Shown here: positions 1 to 9,736 of the stretch, one piece after another | How the letters are laid out: every line of letters begins with the position of its first letter | Numbering within the stretch: position 1 is the first letter of the stretch | DNA from: Polyangiales bacterium | GTDB taxonomy: Bacteria > Myxococcota_A > Polyangia > Polyangiales > Ga0077539 | Length of the DNA: 64,000 nucleotides | NCBI GenBank assembly: GCA_044229975.1 | Contig: JBGARZ010000001.1 | Coordinates: 768,001-832,000, forward strand | Direction of reading: 5' to 3' | Translations under genes and position numbers: made by a program | The notes under the pieces: generated by a model | Told to the model about the DNA's origin: nothing | What the model saw: the letters and a program-made list of their open reading frames with translations, nothing else | Database searches by the model: none

Positions 1-1577
1 GAGCCGCCCATCGCCGCGAGCTTGTCGCCGTCGACCGACGGGTGTCGGGCCAGCGCGTCAGCGGCCGTCATCACGTCGCGGTAGCACTGGTCGCCCCAGG
101 TGTTGTTCCAGATGCCCTCGACGAAGGCCTGGCCGCGACCCGTGGAGCCGCGTGGGTTGGGCAGCGCGACGACGTAGCCCGCGGACGCTGCGACAAGGGA
201 GTTCCATCGCCAGTGCCACGAGTCGGCCCATTGGGAGACGGGGCCGCCGTGGATCCACAGGAGCGCGGGCGCGGGACCCGTCGCGTCTCTGGGCACGACC
301 ACATAGCTCTGCACCTCGGCGCCGTCGTCAGCCAGGAGCCACTGCGGAGTGACCGTCGCGAGCGCGTCGCCGTCGGCCTCGGTGAAGCCGCTCAGCGCGG
401 TGAGCAGCACGGGCGTCGCGCCGGTCTCCATCGACGAATAGAACACCTCGGGCGGGTGCGTGATGCGATGCCGCAATCCCACGATGGCGTCGCCCGATCG
501 CAGCGCCGAGACGTGGTCGTGGCTACCGCCCGCATCGGGTTGCGTGATGCGCCGTTGTGCGCCCGACGCCACGTCGATCGCGAACACCGGAACGGTCCCC
601 TCGTCGTCGACGGTGACGATCAGCTCGCGACCGTCGACGGTGAAGCACGCGGGGACGGGCCAGCGGTCCCACTCGGCGGCGAGCTCGCGACCGTCGCCCG
701 ATGCGACGTCGAAGATCCACAACATCGGCTTGCCGTGACGACCGGGCGTGCGGCGTTCGAGGACGCACGCGAGCGAGCGACCGTCGCGAGAGAAGCAGGG
801 GTTGCGGACCGACACGCGAGCCTCGTCGACAAGCGAGCGGCGGGTGCCCGTCGCGGGGTCGATGAGCGCGAGAGCGTACTCGACGATGCGCTCGGCCGAG
901 AGGCGCTGCACCGTGATCGCGACGTGAAGTCCGTCGGGTGAGAGCGCCCACTCGCTCTCGTCGCGGAAGTCGGTGTCGGCGTCGGGCGTCAGGTCGACAC
1001 GACCACCGCCGCGCTCGTCGAAGGCCACGAGGTGGGGCGCGGCGCGCGGCAGCCAATGGTCCCAGTGGCGGATGGGTGTCGAGGTGTAGCGGAGCAGCGA
1101 TGGGCCCTTCTTCGCGAGCTCGGCGGCGCGCGAACGCTGCGCCTCGAAGGGGACGCCCGGCAGCGCATCGGCGAGCACCACGAGACGATCGGCGGCGGCC
1201 GCGAAGGCGAAGGCGTTGACCCCGAGCGGCTCGTCGGTGAGCGGCTCGGCCTCGCCGCCGTGAGCGGGGAGCACCCAGACCTGCGCCCGCTCGTCGTCGC
1301 CCTCCTCCGCCTTCCCCTCGCGCGGAACCCGGTTGCTCAAGAAGCCCAGCGCGCCGTCGCGACGAAACGCGGGCGCCCGGTCGTTGGACGCGCCGCGCGT
1401 GAGGCGGGTCGTGGCGCCGTTGGTGAGGGAGACCCGCCAGAGCTCGGAGACGTAGCGGACGCCCTCGTGGTCGAGGCGGGCGAGCGCGACGGCGAGCCAG
1501 CTTCCATCGGGCGAGGGCACGACGTGCTGCACGCGACGGAGGGAGACGAGGCGTTCGGCGGTGAGCGGAGTGGCCAT
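1..1577 (-). CDS. S9 family peptidase (dipeptidyl aminopeptidase/acylaminoacyl peptidase-like), 3' end outside the window
   Basis: Absent from the ORF track because it has no stop in the window. Manual translation from ATG 1577 gives MATPLTAERLVSLRRVQHVVPSPDGSWLAV (propeller-like SPDG repeats), then LWIHGGP, GYVVALPNPRGSTGRGQAF, WGDQCYRDVM and KLAAMGGS (start of the GxSxGG nucleophile motif) at the edge. Confidence 0.9.
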   Translation of the reverse strand, partial: MATPLTAERLVSLRRVQHVVPSPDGSWLAVALARLDHEGVRYVSELWRVSLTNGATTRLTRGASNDRAPAFRRDGALGFLSNRVPREGKAEEGDDERAQVWVLPAHGGEAEPLTDEPLGVNAFAFAAAADRLVVLADALPGVPFEAQRSRAAELAKKGPSLLRYTSTPIRHWDHWLPRAAPHLVAFDERGGGRVDLTPDADTDFRDESEWALSPDGLHVAITVQRLSAERIVEYALALIDPATGTRRSLVDEARVSVRNPCFSRDGRSLACVLERRTPGRHGKPMLWIFDVASGDGRELAAEWDRWPVPACFTVDGRELIVTVDDEGTVPVFAIDVASGAQRRITQPDAGGSHDHVSALRSGDAIVGLRHRITHPPEVFYSSMETGATPVLLTALSGFTEADGDALATVTPQWLLADDGAEVQSYVVVPRDATGPAPALLWIHGGPVSQWADSWHWRWNSLVAASAGYVVALPNPRGSTGRGQAFVEGIWNNTWGDQCYRDVMTAADALARHPSVDGDKLAAMGG

Positions 1578-1675
1578 GAGGGCGCCGAGTCTAGGCGGAG
1601 GCTGGCCGTGTCCGCGAGGGACGTCGCCGCCGTCCCGTTGCCTCGCGCGCGGGACGTCGCGGTACAACCGCCGCG

Positions 1676-3868
1676 ATGCGCTCCCTCGCCCGCGGTCTCC
1701 TCGCCCTCTCCCTCGTCGGGTCGTCGCTCCTTCGCGGCGACGACCTCCGCGCGTGCGGCGGCGGCATCGAAGGCCCCGTCTACGTCAACCGACGCAACCC
1801 CGACCTCCCCCTCGACCGCGTCTTCGCGGGCCACCCCGGCTACCTCGGAACGTGGTCCACCAGCTACCAGGTGCTCGCGTGGAGGGTGCTCACCGACGCG
1901 CCCTTCGACACCGCCGAGCGCACCGCCTTCGTGCTCCGCGAGCGGACCATTCGCAGTGAAGTTCCGGCGCTCGCCTTCGACGCCGCGACGCCCGTCGGCG
2001 CCGACCCCAACGTCGACGCCTACAACCTGGAGGGCGGGTACGCCCCGAGCGACGGCCCCTGGCGCACGGCGCGCACCGAAGTCCTCGGAGCCGCTGGCCC
2101 CGCCATCCCCAACGGGTGGTCGCAACACGAATCGTGGACGCCCAACTGCCTCGACGACGCCTTCGCCAACGCCGCCCTCGCGCTGCGACAGCGGGTGGCC
2201 CGCGACGGCGCCCGCAGCGACGCCGTGCGCGCCTGGATCGACGCCCAGGACGCCGTGTTCTCCAACTGCGGACCCACGCCGGGGCGTTCGCCCATCGCGC
2301 TGCAGGAGTCCGCCCCACCGGAGCAGCGTCGCGACCGCGCGTACCAGATCGCCGCGGCGCACTTCTATGCCGGCCGCTACGACGCCGCCGAGCGCGACTT
2401 CGCCGCCATCGCCGCCGACACCGCCTCCCCGTGGGCGTCCGTGGCGCGCTACCTCGTGCTGCGCTCCATCACCCGCGCGGCCCAGCGCGGACGCGCGACC
2501 CCCGACCCCGCCCTCCTCGCTCGCGCCTCGCAGCTCGCGCGCGCCCTCCTCGCCGACGCCAATGGCGCACCGGTGCACGACATGACCCGGCGCTACGGCT
2601 CGCTCATCGACACGCTCCGTGACCCCAGCGGGCGTCTCCACACGCTCGGCGCGAGCCTCGCCCGGCCGGGCCTCGGCGCGCTGCTCGGACGGGACCTCCA
2701 CGATTACGTGCACCTGTATGCGACGCATCGCGTGACCCGCGACGACGCCGACCCGATGACCACCTGGATCGCCCTCCGCGACGAGAACCAACGCTCCGAC
2801 GACGACCGCGCGACGGCGCTCGCGCTCCTCCAGCGAACCCACGCGCGGCAGTGGCTGGTCGCCGCGCTCCAATCGTCGGGCACCGGGCTCGCCTCGGCGC
2901 TCGACCCCGCGCTCGAAGCCGCCGCGACCATCGCGCGCTCCGACCCGGCCTTCGTGACGGCCCGCTACGAGCGGCTGCGAGTGCTCGTCGAGCGAAGGCA
3001 GCCCGTCCACGCAGAGATCGTCGCCACCGCGAACCAGCTCACCCCGGAGGACGGACTCACCGCCCGCAACCTCTTCCACGAGCTCGCGCTGCGGACGGCG
3101 GGCAACGTCGATGAGTTTGTTCCGTTTGCGTACGGTCGGCCCGCCGGGTGGCTGCCAGAGACGGGGCCCGTGCACCCTGACGCGACCCTCGCGGAAGACC
3201 TGTCTCCCGCCGCCGCCAGCGCCCTCTCGCTCCGCGTCCCGGTGTCGGTGCTGCTGCGCGTCGCAGCCCACCGCTCGCTCCCACCCGCGCTGCGCGATCG
3301 CATCGCCAACGTCGCCCTCCATCGCGCGGCGGTGCTCGGCGACGAGGTGCCCTTCCAGGCCGCGGCCGCCCTGGTGGTGCGCCTCTCCGAGACGGCACAG
3401 CGACCGCTGCGGGCCCTCGCCCAATCCCCCATCGGAGACGCGCGCTCCCTCGCGCTCTTGCGCTCGCTGCTCGACGGCGCCGGCGCGCTCATGTTGGAGA
3501 CGTCCATGATCGACGAGCGCGACACGACGGGCGACCTCTGGACGACGCGCTGCACCCGCTCGGCCGAGGCCACGCCGGCGTGGTTTCTCACGGCGGCCGA
3601 GCGCACGGCCTTCGCGCGAGAGCAGGCGCGCTGGGTCGCCCTCGGTGACACTGCCACCTGGGCGGCGACGGAGGCGGCCCGGCTCGCCCCGCGGATGCCC
3701 GCCGAGCCCGCGCTGCCCGACCTCCTCGCCGCCGCGATTCGACAAACCCGCCCCAACGCCTGCCCCCCGGCGGCGACCATCCACCGGGCGTCGCGCGCAG
3801 CGTTCAATGCGCTGCATCGGCACTTCCCGCGGTCGCCCGCGGCGCAGGCGACCCGGTACTGGTACTGA
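1676..3868 (+). CDS. Secreted hypothetical alpha-helical/TPR-like protein, partner of the DUF3142 gene
   Basis: 730 aa ORF with signal-like N-terminus, AYQIAAAHFYAGRYDAA TPR-like segment and C-terminal FPRSPAAQATRYWY; lies 4 nt upstream of the DUF3142-like gene. Confidence 0.8.
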   Translation: MRSLARGLLALSLVGSSLLRGDDLRACGGGIEGPVYVNRRNPDLPLDRVFAGHPGYLGTWSTSYQVLAWRVLTDAPFDTAERTAFVLRERTIRSEVPALAFDAATPVGADPNVDAYNLEGGYAPSDGPWRTARTEVLGAAGPAIPNGWSQHESWTPNCLDDAFANAALALRQRVARDGARSDAVRAWIDAQDAVFSNCGPTPGRSPIALQESAPPEQRRDRAYQIAAAHFYAGRYDAAERDFAAIAADTASPWASVARYLVLRSITRAAQRGRATPDPALLARASQLARALLADANGAPVHDMTRRYGSLIDTLRDPSGRLHTLGASLARPGLGALLGRDLHDYVHLYATHRVTRDDADPMTTWIALRDENQRSDDDRATALALLQRTHARQWLVAALQSSGTGLASALDPALEAAATIARSDPAFVTARYERLRVLVERRQPVHAEIVATANQLTPEDGLTARNLFHELALRTAGNVDEFVPFAYGRPAGWLPETGPVHPDATLAEDLSPAAASALSLRVPVSVLLRVAAHRSLPPALRDRIANVALHRAAVLGDEVPFQAAAALVVRLSETAQRPLRALAQSPIGDARSLALLRSLLDGAGALMLETSMIDERDTTGDLWTTRCTRSAEATPAWFLTAAERTAFAREQARWVALGDTATWAATEAARLAPRMPAEPALPDLLAAAIRQTRPNACPPAATIHRASRAAFNALHRHFPRSPAAQATRYWY

Positions 3869-3872
3869 CCCG

Positions 3873-4589
3873 GTGAGGATCTCCGCCGCGCTGCTCGCCT
3901 TCACGCTCGCCTCGTCGACGGCGAGCGCCGACCCGCCGCCGTCGCTCATGCTGTGGGCGTGGGAGCGCCCCGAAGACCTGCGTTTTCTCCCCGCGAACGT
4001 GGGCGTCGCCTACCTGCGAGCGACCGTCGACGTGCGCCCGACGGGGGTGCGCGTGGCGCCGCGGAGGCAGCCGTTGCGGGTGCGCGACGAGACCTTCGTG
4101 ATGGCCGTGGTGCGGGTCGAAGCGCGGCCGCGCGGACTGGCGCTGACCGATGCGACCCGGGCGCGCGTCGTGGAGGCGCTGGTCGAGGCCGCGCGCTCAC
4201 CGGGCGTGCGTGCGGTGCAGATCGACTTCGACGCGGGGGCCTCGCAGCGCGGCTTCTATCGGGCGCTGCTCGCCGACGCGAGGCGGGCGCTCGGCGCGGG
4301 GACATGGCTCTCGATGACGGCGCTGGCGTCGTGGTGCGAGGGAGACGACTGGCTCGATGTCGGTGCGCTGCCGGTCGACGAGGTGGTTCCGATGGTGTTC
4401 TCGATGGGCGCCGATCGCGAGGCTGTGCTGCGGGTGCTGCGCGACCGACGAACGTTTCGGGCGCGGTCGTGCCGCGGAAGCGTGGGCTGGGCGTCGGGTG
4501 AACCCACGGTGCCGCTGCGCGGCGTGGCCCGGCGGTACGTCTTCAACGCGCGACCCTGGACCGCGGACGCCGCCCGCGTCTGGTACTGA
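3873..4589 (+). CDS. DUF3142-like protein (putative glycoside-hydrolase-like TIM barrel)
   Basis: GTG 3873 within ORF 3645..4589; signal peptide, LWAWERPEDL, VQIDFDA, FYRALL, LSMTALASWC, PVDEVVPMVF. Confidence 0.75.
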   Translation: MRISAALLAFTLASSTASADPPPSLMLWAWERPEDLRFLPANVGVAYLRATVDVRPTGVRVAPRRQPLRVRDETFVMAVVRVEARPRGLALTDATRARVVEALVEAARSPGVRAVQIDFDAGASQRGFYRALLADARRALGAGTWLSMTALASWCEGDDWLDVGALPVDEVVPMVFSMGADREAVLRVLRDRRTFRARSCRGSVGWASGEPTVPLRGVARRYVFNARPWTADAARVWY

Positions 4590-4597
4590 CCGACGGC

Positions 4598-4963
4598 CTA
4601 CCGGTACCCGCGGACGGTTGCGTCGTGCTGCGACGACGGCACGTGCATCACCCGGACGTAGAGCGCCACGTCGTCGATGCGCTCACCCATGAGCCGCGCC
4701 ATGAACACCGTCGCCAGCGCACGTCTCCCGACCGCCACGAGGTCTTGCCGGGGCGTGGATGGGTCCATCACCAGGTAGCGCATGGCGAGGGCCGCGCGCT
4801 GGCGGTCTTCCCGCGTGTAGCGCTGCGGGTCGAAGGCCTGAAACACCGCCCAGGGCCCGACGTGGTGATGCTCCGGGGGGTCGGGGTCGCGCTCGCCGAA
4901 GTCGATGGAGTTCTTCCCGAAGCCCGGCACCGGGCTGACGCTCTGACCCATGCAGTGACCCAT
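4598..4963 (-). CDS. Small hypothetical protein
   Basis: 121 aa ORF with ordinary protein-like composition filling the gap; start may be ATG 4951. Confidence 0.55.
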   Translation of the reverse strand: MGHCMGQSVSPVPGFGKNSIDFGERDPDPPEHHHVGPWAVFQAFDPQRYTREDRQRAALAMRYLVMDPSTPRQDLVAVGRRALATVFMARLMGERIDDVALYVRVMHVPSSQHDATVRGYR

Positions 4964-5241
4964 CGGTCGCCGCGCACCGATGCTTGAGCCCGACCCCGAA
5001 GATCCTGCGGGTCAGAGGCGACCACGTCGCACGTCGACATACCTTGCGGCGGACGATCACGTCCCGACCGCGCGACGTGGTGCCCCGTGTCGCGTCGCGC
5101 AACACGGTGGCTTTGGATCCTCACTGATGTGTCGGTGCGCGTCTTTTCCGCACCCCCTTCCAATCGTTGACCCTCGCGCGAGACGCGTGTTGCGATCGTC
5201 ACGTCTCCGCCTTTTCACCCTCCGAAAGGGGTCCCTTTCCC

Positions 5242-8200
5242 ATGATCGAAATTCAACGTCTCAGCAGATGTCTGTGGGCGCTGCTCACCGTCGCGGCCCT
5301 GGGCTGTGGCAACAGCGCGTCGGTCGTCGGTGGCGACGCAGCCGTCGCGACGGACATCACCCCGGCCTGCACGTCGCCCCGCACCACCTGCGGCGGCAAC
5401 TGCGTGAACCTGCAGGACGACGCGACCAACTGCGGCGCGTGCGGCCGTGCCTGCGGTCGCGCCGAAGCCTGCGTGATGGGTACCTGCCAGACCGAGTGCC
5501 CGACGGGCCAGGTCGCCTGCGGCGGTCGCTGCGTGTCCGTCGAGACCGACCGCGCCAACTGCGGCGCGTGCGGCACCGCCTGCGCCGCCGGCCTCGTGTG
5601 CGCGGCGGGGGCCTGCGCCATCGAGTGCGGCGCCTCGCTCGCCACCTGCACCGCCGGGAGCGACGCGGGCGCGGGCAACGACGCGGGCGCCGGGCGCTAC
5701 TGCGCCGACACGCGCACCGACCGCACCAACTGCGGCGGCTGCGGCGTGGCCTGCGGGCAGGGCGAGATCTGCGCGGCGGGCGTCTGCACCCTCACGTGTG
5801 CCGCGGGCACCACGACCTGCGCCGGCGCGTGCCGCGACTTCCAGAACGACCGGCTCAACTGCGGGTCCTGCGGCAGCGCCTGCGCCGCGGGCCAGGTGTG
5901 CTCGCTCGGCCGCTGCGAGCTGAGCTGCGCGACGGGCACCACCAACTGCTCGGGCTCGTGCCGCGACACGCAGACCGACCTCGCCCACTGCGGCGAGTGC
6001 GGCAACGCCTGCGCCGCGGGCCAGGTGTGCGCCGCGGGCCGCTGCCTCGCGAGCTGCGGGGCGGGCCTCTCGGAGTGCTCGGGCACCTGCCGCGACCTCC
6101 AGACCGACCGCGCCAACTGCGGCGCCTGCGGGACGGGGTGCGAGGCCGGGCAGGTGTGCTCGGCGGGCGCCTGCCAGGTGAGCTGCGGCGGCGCCCTCTC
6201 GGCCTGCGGCGGCGTGTGCCGTGACCTCCAGACCGACCGCGCCAACTGCGGCGTGTGCGGCCTCACCTGCGCCGCGGGCCAGGTCTGCTCGGCGGGCTCG
6301 TGCGCGGTGTCCTGCGCGACCGACCTCACGCTGTGCTCGGGCACCTGCCGCGACACGCAGACCGATCGGCTCAACTGCGGCGCGTGCGGCACCTCCTGCG
6401 CGCCGGGTCAGGCCTGCACGGCCGGCGTGTGCAGCCTCACCTGCGCGGCGGGCTTCACCAACTGCTCGGGCTCGTGCCGCGACCTCCAGACCGACCGCGG
6501 CAACTGCGGCGTCTGCGGTACCACCTGCGGCGCCGCCAACGTCTGCACGGCGGGCGCGTGCGTGCTGTCGTGCCCGACGGGGCAGAGCGAGTGCTCGGGC
6601 GCGTGCTTCGACCTCCAGACCGACCGGCGCAACTGCGGCGCCTGCGGGACGAGCTGCGCCCCCGGCCAGGTGTGCAACACCGGGACGTGCCAGACGAGCT
6701 GCGTGGCGGGCCTCACGGAGTGCTCGGGCACCTGCCGCGACCTCCAGACCGACCGCGCCAACTGCGGCGCCTGCGGGACGGCGTGCGGCGCCGGGAGCAT
6801 CTGCGTCGCGGGGGTCTGCACGCTCTCGTGCACGACGGGTCAGACGGCGTGCTCGGGCGTCTGCCGCGACACGCAGAGCGACCAGAGCAACTGCGGCGCG
6901 TGCGGGACGGTGTGCCCCGCGGGCCAGGCGTGCCGCAGCGGCGCGTGCACGGTGGTGTGCGGCACCGGCCTCACGGCGTGCTCGGGCGTCTGCCGCGACA
7001 CGCAGACCGATCGCGCCAACTGCGGCGCGTGCGGGACGACGTGCGGGGCCGGTCAGGTGTGCTCGGCGGGCGTCTGCGCGGTGAGCTGCGCGGCGGGCCT
7101 GACCAACTGCTCGGGGGTGTGCCGCGACACGGCGACCGACGAGGCCAACTGCGGCGGCTGCGGGACGACGTGCCCGGCGCTCCAGGTGTGCCTGTCGAGC
7201 CGGTGCCAGGTGGTGTGCGCGGCGGGGCAGACGAGCTGCTCGGGGGTCTGCCGCGACACGCTGACCGACCGCGCCAACTGCGGCGCGTGCGGGGTGACCT
7301 GCGGCGCCGGCCAGGTGTGCTCGGCGGGCGCCTGCGCGGCGAGCTGCGGCGCGAGCCTCACGGCCTGCTCGGGGAGCTGCGTGAACACCACGTACGACCC
7401 GGCCAACTGCGGCGCGTGCGGTCGCGCGTGCGGGACGCGGGAGGCGTGCGTGTCGGGCCTCTGCCGCCGGCTCGCGGGCTTCTCGGGTCAGACCGGGACG
7501 ACGTGGACGCCGGTGCCGGGTCTGTCGTCGGCGCCGCGCGGGTTGCAGGCGTGGGTTCCGCTCGGTGAGCGGTACATCCACACGGGCAACGGCGGCTCCT
7601 TCGGGCGCATCGAGATCGCGACCGGGGCCTTCGGCGCGCTGGCCTCGGTGCCGGGGCCGGGCCTCGCGTCGTGGGGCTCGCCCGCCCTGTCGCTCGGTGA
7701 CATCTGGACGCTGAAGGGCACCGCGGTGCTGCGCTACTCGGTGTCGGCCAACAGCTGGACGGTCGTTCGCAACGACCTCTCCAACGCCGACCGCGAGTCG
7801 ATGACGGTCACCGACCGCGACAGCAACCTCTGGATCATGGCGGACGGCGCGCGCCTCCTCCGCTACAACCCGACGACCAACGTCGCGACCTACTTCGCGA
7901 CCGGCGTGAGCACCGACCTGTACGAGACCCGTCTCGGCTACGACGAGCTCACGCACAGCATCTACTTCGGCGGCTTCGCGGCGGCGAACCTCTACCGCTT
8001 CGACATCACCACGAGCGCGGTGACGGCGATGACGAGCCACCCCGAAGGGGCCCTCAACGACATCTTCTGCTCCGACCACTCGGGCCACCTCTACTCCGCA
8101 GGCGGCTTCGACGGCACCACGATCTGGCAGTTCAACATCCTGACCAACACCTGGGCGCGCATCCCCGACTTCACCGTCGACCAGGGGAACAACGGGTCGT

Positions 8201-8277
8201 GCGGCGTCGCCGAAGAGGGCTTCCTCTACATCGAGACCGGCTCGCTCGGAGACCTCCGCCGCATCCCCCTCTTCTGA
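5242..8277 (+). CDS. Lipoprotein with 16 MXAN_6577/Stig1-like Cys-rich repeats and a C-terminal Kelch-like beta-propeller
   Basis: ATG 5242 in ORF 5167..8277; lipobox-like AALGC; repeats of the form CRDxQTDxxNCGACGxxC; C-terminal YFGG/YSAGG...W propeller-like motifs. Confidence 0.85.
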   Translation: MIEIQRLSRCLWALLTVAALGCGNSASVVGGDAAVATDITPACTSPRTTCGGNCVNLQDDATNCGACGRACGRAEACVMGTCQTECPTGQVACGGRCVSVETDRANCGACGTACAAGLVCAAGACAIECGASLATCTAGSDAGAGNDAGAGRYCADTRTDRTNCGGCGVACGQGEICAAGVCTLTCAAGTTTCAGACRDFQNDRLNCGSCGSACAAGQVCSLGRCELSCATGTTNCSGSCRDTQTDLAHCGECGNACAAGQVCAAGRCLASCGAGLSECSGTCRDLQTDRANCGACGTGCEAGQVCSAGACQVSCGGALSACGGVCRDLQTDRANCGVCGLTCAAGQVCSAGSCAVSCATDLTLCSGTCRDTQTDRLNCGACGTSCAPGQACTAGVCSLTCAAGFTNCSGSCRDLQTDRGNCGVCGTTCGAANVCTAGACVLSCPTGQSECSGACFDLQTDRRNCGACGTSCAPGQVCNTGTCQTSCVAGLTECSGTCRDLQTDRANCGACGTACGAGSICVAGVCTLSCTTGQTACSGVCRDTQSDQSNCGACGTVCPAGQACRSGACTVVCGTGLTACSGVCRDTQTDRANCGACGTTCGAGQVCSAGVCAVSCAAGLTNCSGVCRDTATDEANCGGCGTTCPALQVCLSSRCQVVCAAGQTSCSGVCRDTLTDRANCGACGVTCGAGQVCSAGACAASCGASLTACSGSCVNTTYDPANCGACGRACGTREACVSGLCRRLAGFSGQTGTTWTPVPGLSSAPRGLQAWVPLGERYIHTGNGGSFGRIEIATGAFGALASVPGPGLASWGSPALSLGDIWTLKGTAVLRYSVSANSWTVVRNDLSNADRESMTVTDRDSNLWIMADGARLLRYNPTTNVATYFATGVSTDLYETRLGYDELTHSIYFGGFAAANLYRFDITTSAVTAMTSHPEGALNDIFCSDHSGHLYSAGGFDGTTIWQFNILTNTWARIPDFTVDQGNNGSCGVAEEGFLYIETGSLGDLRRIPLF
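5368..7464 (+). repeat. Intragenic tandem repeat, 16 units of about 129 bp (43 aa, 8 Cys)
   Basis: 16 Dxx(N/H)CGxCG cores counted in the translation; DNA period about 129 bp. Confidence 0.9.
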
Positions 8278-8292
8278 CCTCCCCCTGACGTC

Positions 8293-8320
8293 GCAGCGCG
8301 CTCCATCGCAGGCGCGCTGC
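8293..8320. terminator. Hairpin between convergent genes, possible terminator
   Basis: GCAGCGCGC (8293-8301) / GCGCGCTGC (8312-8320); no U-tract. Confidence 0.35.
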
Positions 8321-8349
8321 CCACGTCCCTCCCCACCGTCACCACATCG

Positions 8350-9105
8350 CTATGGCAGCAGCCACCGGCGCACGCGCTCGGCGTAGAGGCTGCGCGGATG
8401 GCGCTCGATGAAGCGCTGCCCCCGCGCGCGCAGGGCATCCCCTCGCCCCATGCGACGGAGCGCGTCGAGGGCGATGAGCTCACGCTCTTCGGCGAGCGCG
8501 GCGGACGACACCGACTCGGCGATGCGGAGCGCCTCCGCCGGGTCGCTGGCGAGAAGCTGCCGCGCGCGTTCGAGGGTGCGCTGGTCGTCCTCCATCGGGT
8601 GCGCGACGACCGGCGCAGCGACCGATCCGACCGGGGCCGAGGCGATGACCGTCGGCGCGACGACAGGCGCCGCGGGCATGGGCTCCACCGGGCGCGCCGG
8701 CGACCTCGCAGGCGACACGACGGGGCGGGCGGGGCGGACCGCCACCACCGGCGCGACCTCCGCGGGCGGCAGCGACGGACCGAACATCGGCGCGGGCGGC
8801 TCCTCGACGCGCACCGCGACCGGGGCCGACACCACGCGAGGCGCGACCCGCACCGGCACCGGCGACGGAGTCGACACACGATGGGCGACCGCGACGCCCA
8901 CGCCTCCTGCGACGAGGGCCGCCGCCAGCAACGCGCCCTTCCACGACAACCACGCGCCGCCTGCGACCACCGGGGCCACCGCGAGGCGGGCCACGCGCTG
9001 GGTCGTGCGTCGTCGCTCATCGGCGGTGCGGGGGCGCGGCGCGGAGGCGCGGTCGAGCAGCGCGCGCGCGGCGGGAGAGAGTCCGTCGTGGGGGTCGTGG
9101 GTCAT
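8350..9105 (-). CDS. Putative transmembrane anti-sigma factor (short cytoplasmic N-terminus, TM, Pro-rich linker, TPR-like C-terminus)
   Basis: 4-nt ATGA overlap with the sigma gene; TM WKGALLAAALVAGGVGVAVA; C-terminal EERELIALDAL...RFIERHPRSLYAERVR. Anti-sigma role is inferred from position and topology. Confidence 0.7.
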   Translation of the reverse strand: MTHDPHDGLSPAARALLDRASAPRPRTADERRRTTQRVARLAVAPVVAGGAWLSWKGALLAAALVAGGVGVAVAHRVSTPSPVPVRVAPRVVSAPVAVRVEEPPAPMFGPSLPPAEVAPVVAVRPARPVVSPARSPARPVEPMPAAPVVAPTVIASAPVGSVAAPVVAHPMEDDQRTLERARQLLASDPAEALRIAESVSSAALAEERELIALDALRRMGRGDALRARGQRFIERHPRSLYAERVRRWLLP

Positions 9106-9674
9106 CGCCGGCTCCGGTGGGCGTCGCGCGCGTCGAGGCGCCGCAGGGTCTCGTCAAACTGCCTTCGCGCGGCGTGGAGGCGCGAGTAGACGGTTCCGAC
9201 GGGAACGCCCACGATGGCGGCCACCTCGTCGGCGGGCATCTCCTCGATGACGCTCATGACGAAGACCGCGCGACGATCGAGGTCCATCGCGTCGAGGACT
9301 TCTCGCAAGCGCGCCTCGGCCTCGACCTGTTCGAGGGAGCGATCGGGCGAGTCGGCGGCGGGCGCGACGGCCTCCGGGGGATCGTCGGTCGCGCGCTCGC
9401 GGCGCACCCACGCGCGGCGGCGGTGGGCGGCCATCACGCGAAGGCAGATGCCGAAGAGCCACGTGGTGATGCGGCTGCGGCCCTCGAACTCCCCTCCCCG
9501 CTGGTGCACCACCAGGAACACCTCCTGGAAGCGGTCTTCGAGGTCGGCGTCGCGCGCGCCGAGGCGCTGGAGCGAGGCCCACACGAAGTCCCCGTGCGCC
9601 GCGTGCACGGACACGACGTCGACTCCGGTGACGGTCGGTGCGGCGATGGGGAAGGTCTCGGCCACGGTCTTCAC
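9102..9674 (-). CDS. ECF-type sigma-70 factor
   Basis: Region 2 DLEDRFQEVFLVV...TTWLFGIC and region 4 RRAVFVM...EVAAIVGVPVGTVYSRLHAAR. The track starts at 9704; GTG 9674 is preferred because the putative promoter overlaps 9688-9715. Confidence 0.92.
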   Translation of the reverse strand: MKTVAETFPIAAPTVTGVDVVSVHAAHGDFVWASLQRLGARDADLEDRFQEVFLVVHQRGGEFEGRSRITTWLFGICLRVMAAHRRRAWVRRERATDDPPEAVAPAADSPDRSLEQVEAEARLREVLDAMDLDRRAVFVMSVIEEMPADEVAAIVGVPVGTVYSRLHAARRQFDETLRRLDARDAHRSRR

Positions 9675-9687
9675 GTCGGTCGTCGGG

Positions 9688-9726
9688 TGAGTGCGCTGCG
9701 CCACCGACGGCCTTCAGCGAATCGTA
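9688..9726 (-). promoter_or_regulatory. Putative ECF-dependent promoter, copy A (before the sigma gene)
   Basis: Minus strand ACGATTCGCT-GAAGGC-N13-GCGCACTCA; same elements and spacing as copies B and C. Confidence 0.7.
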
Positions 9727-9736
9727 CGCTCCTCGC

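Noticed and set aside
5215..8088. Long antisense or off-frame ORFs (also 1337..3949, 13038..14975, 43368..45983, 56468..59719, 62370..63980)
   Set aside because: Arg/Ala/Pro-rich shadows of well-supported genes; stop codons are rare in high-GC DNA.
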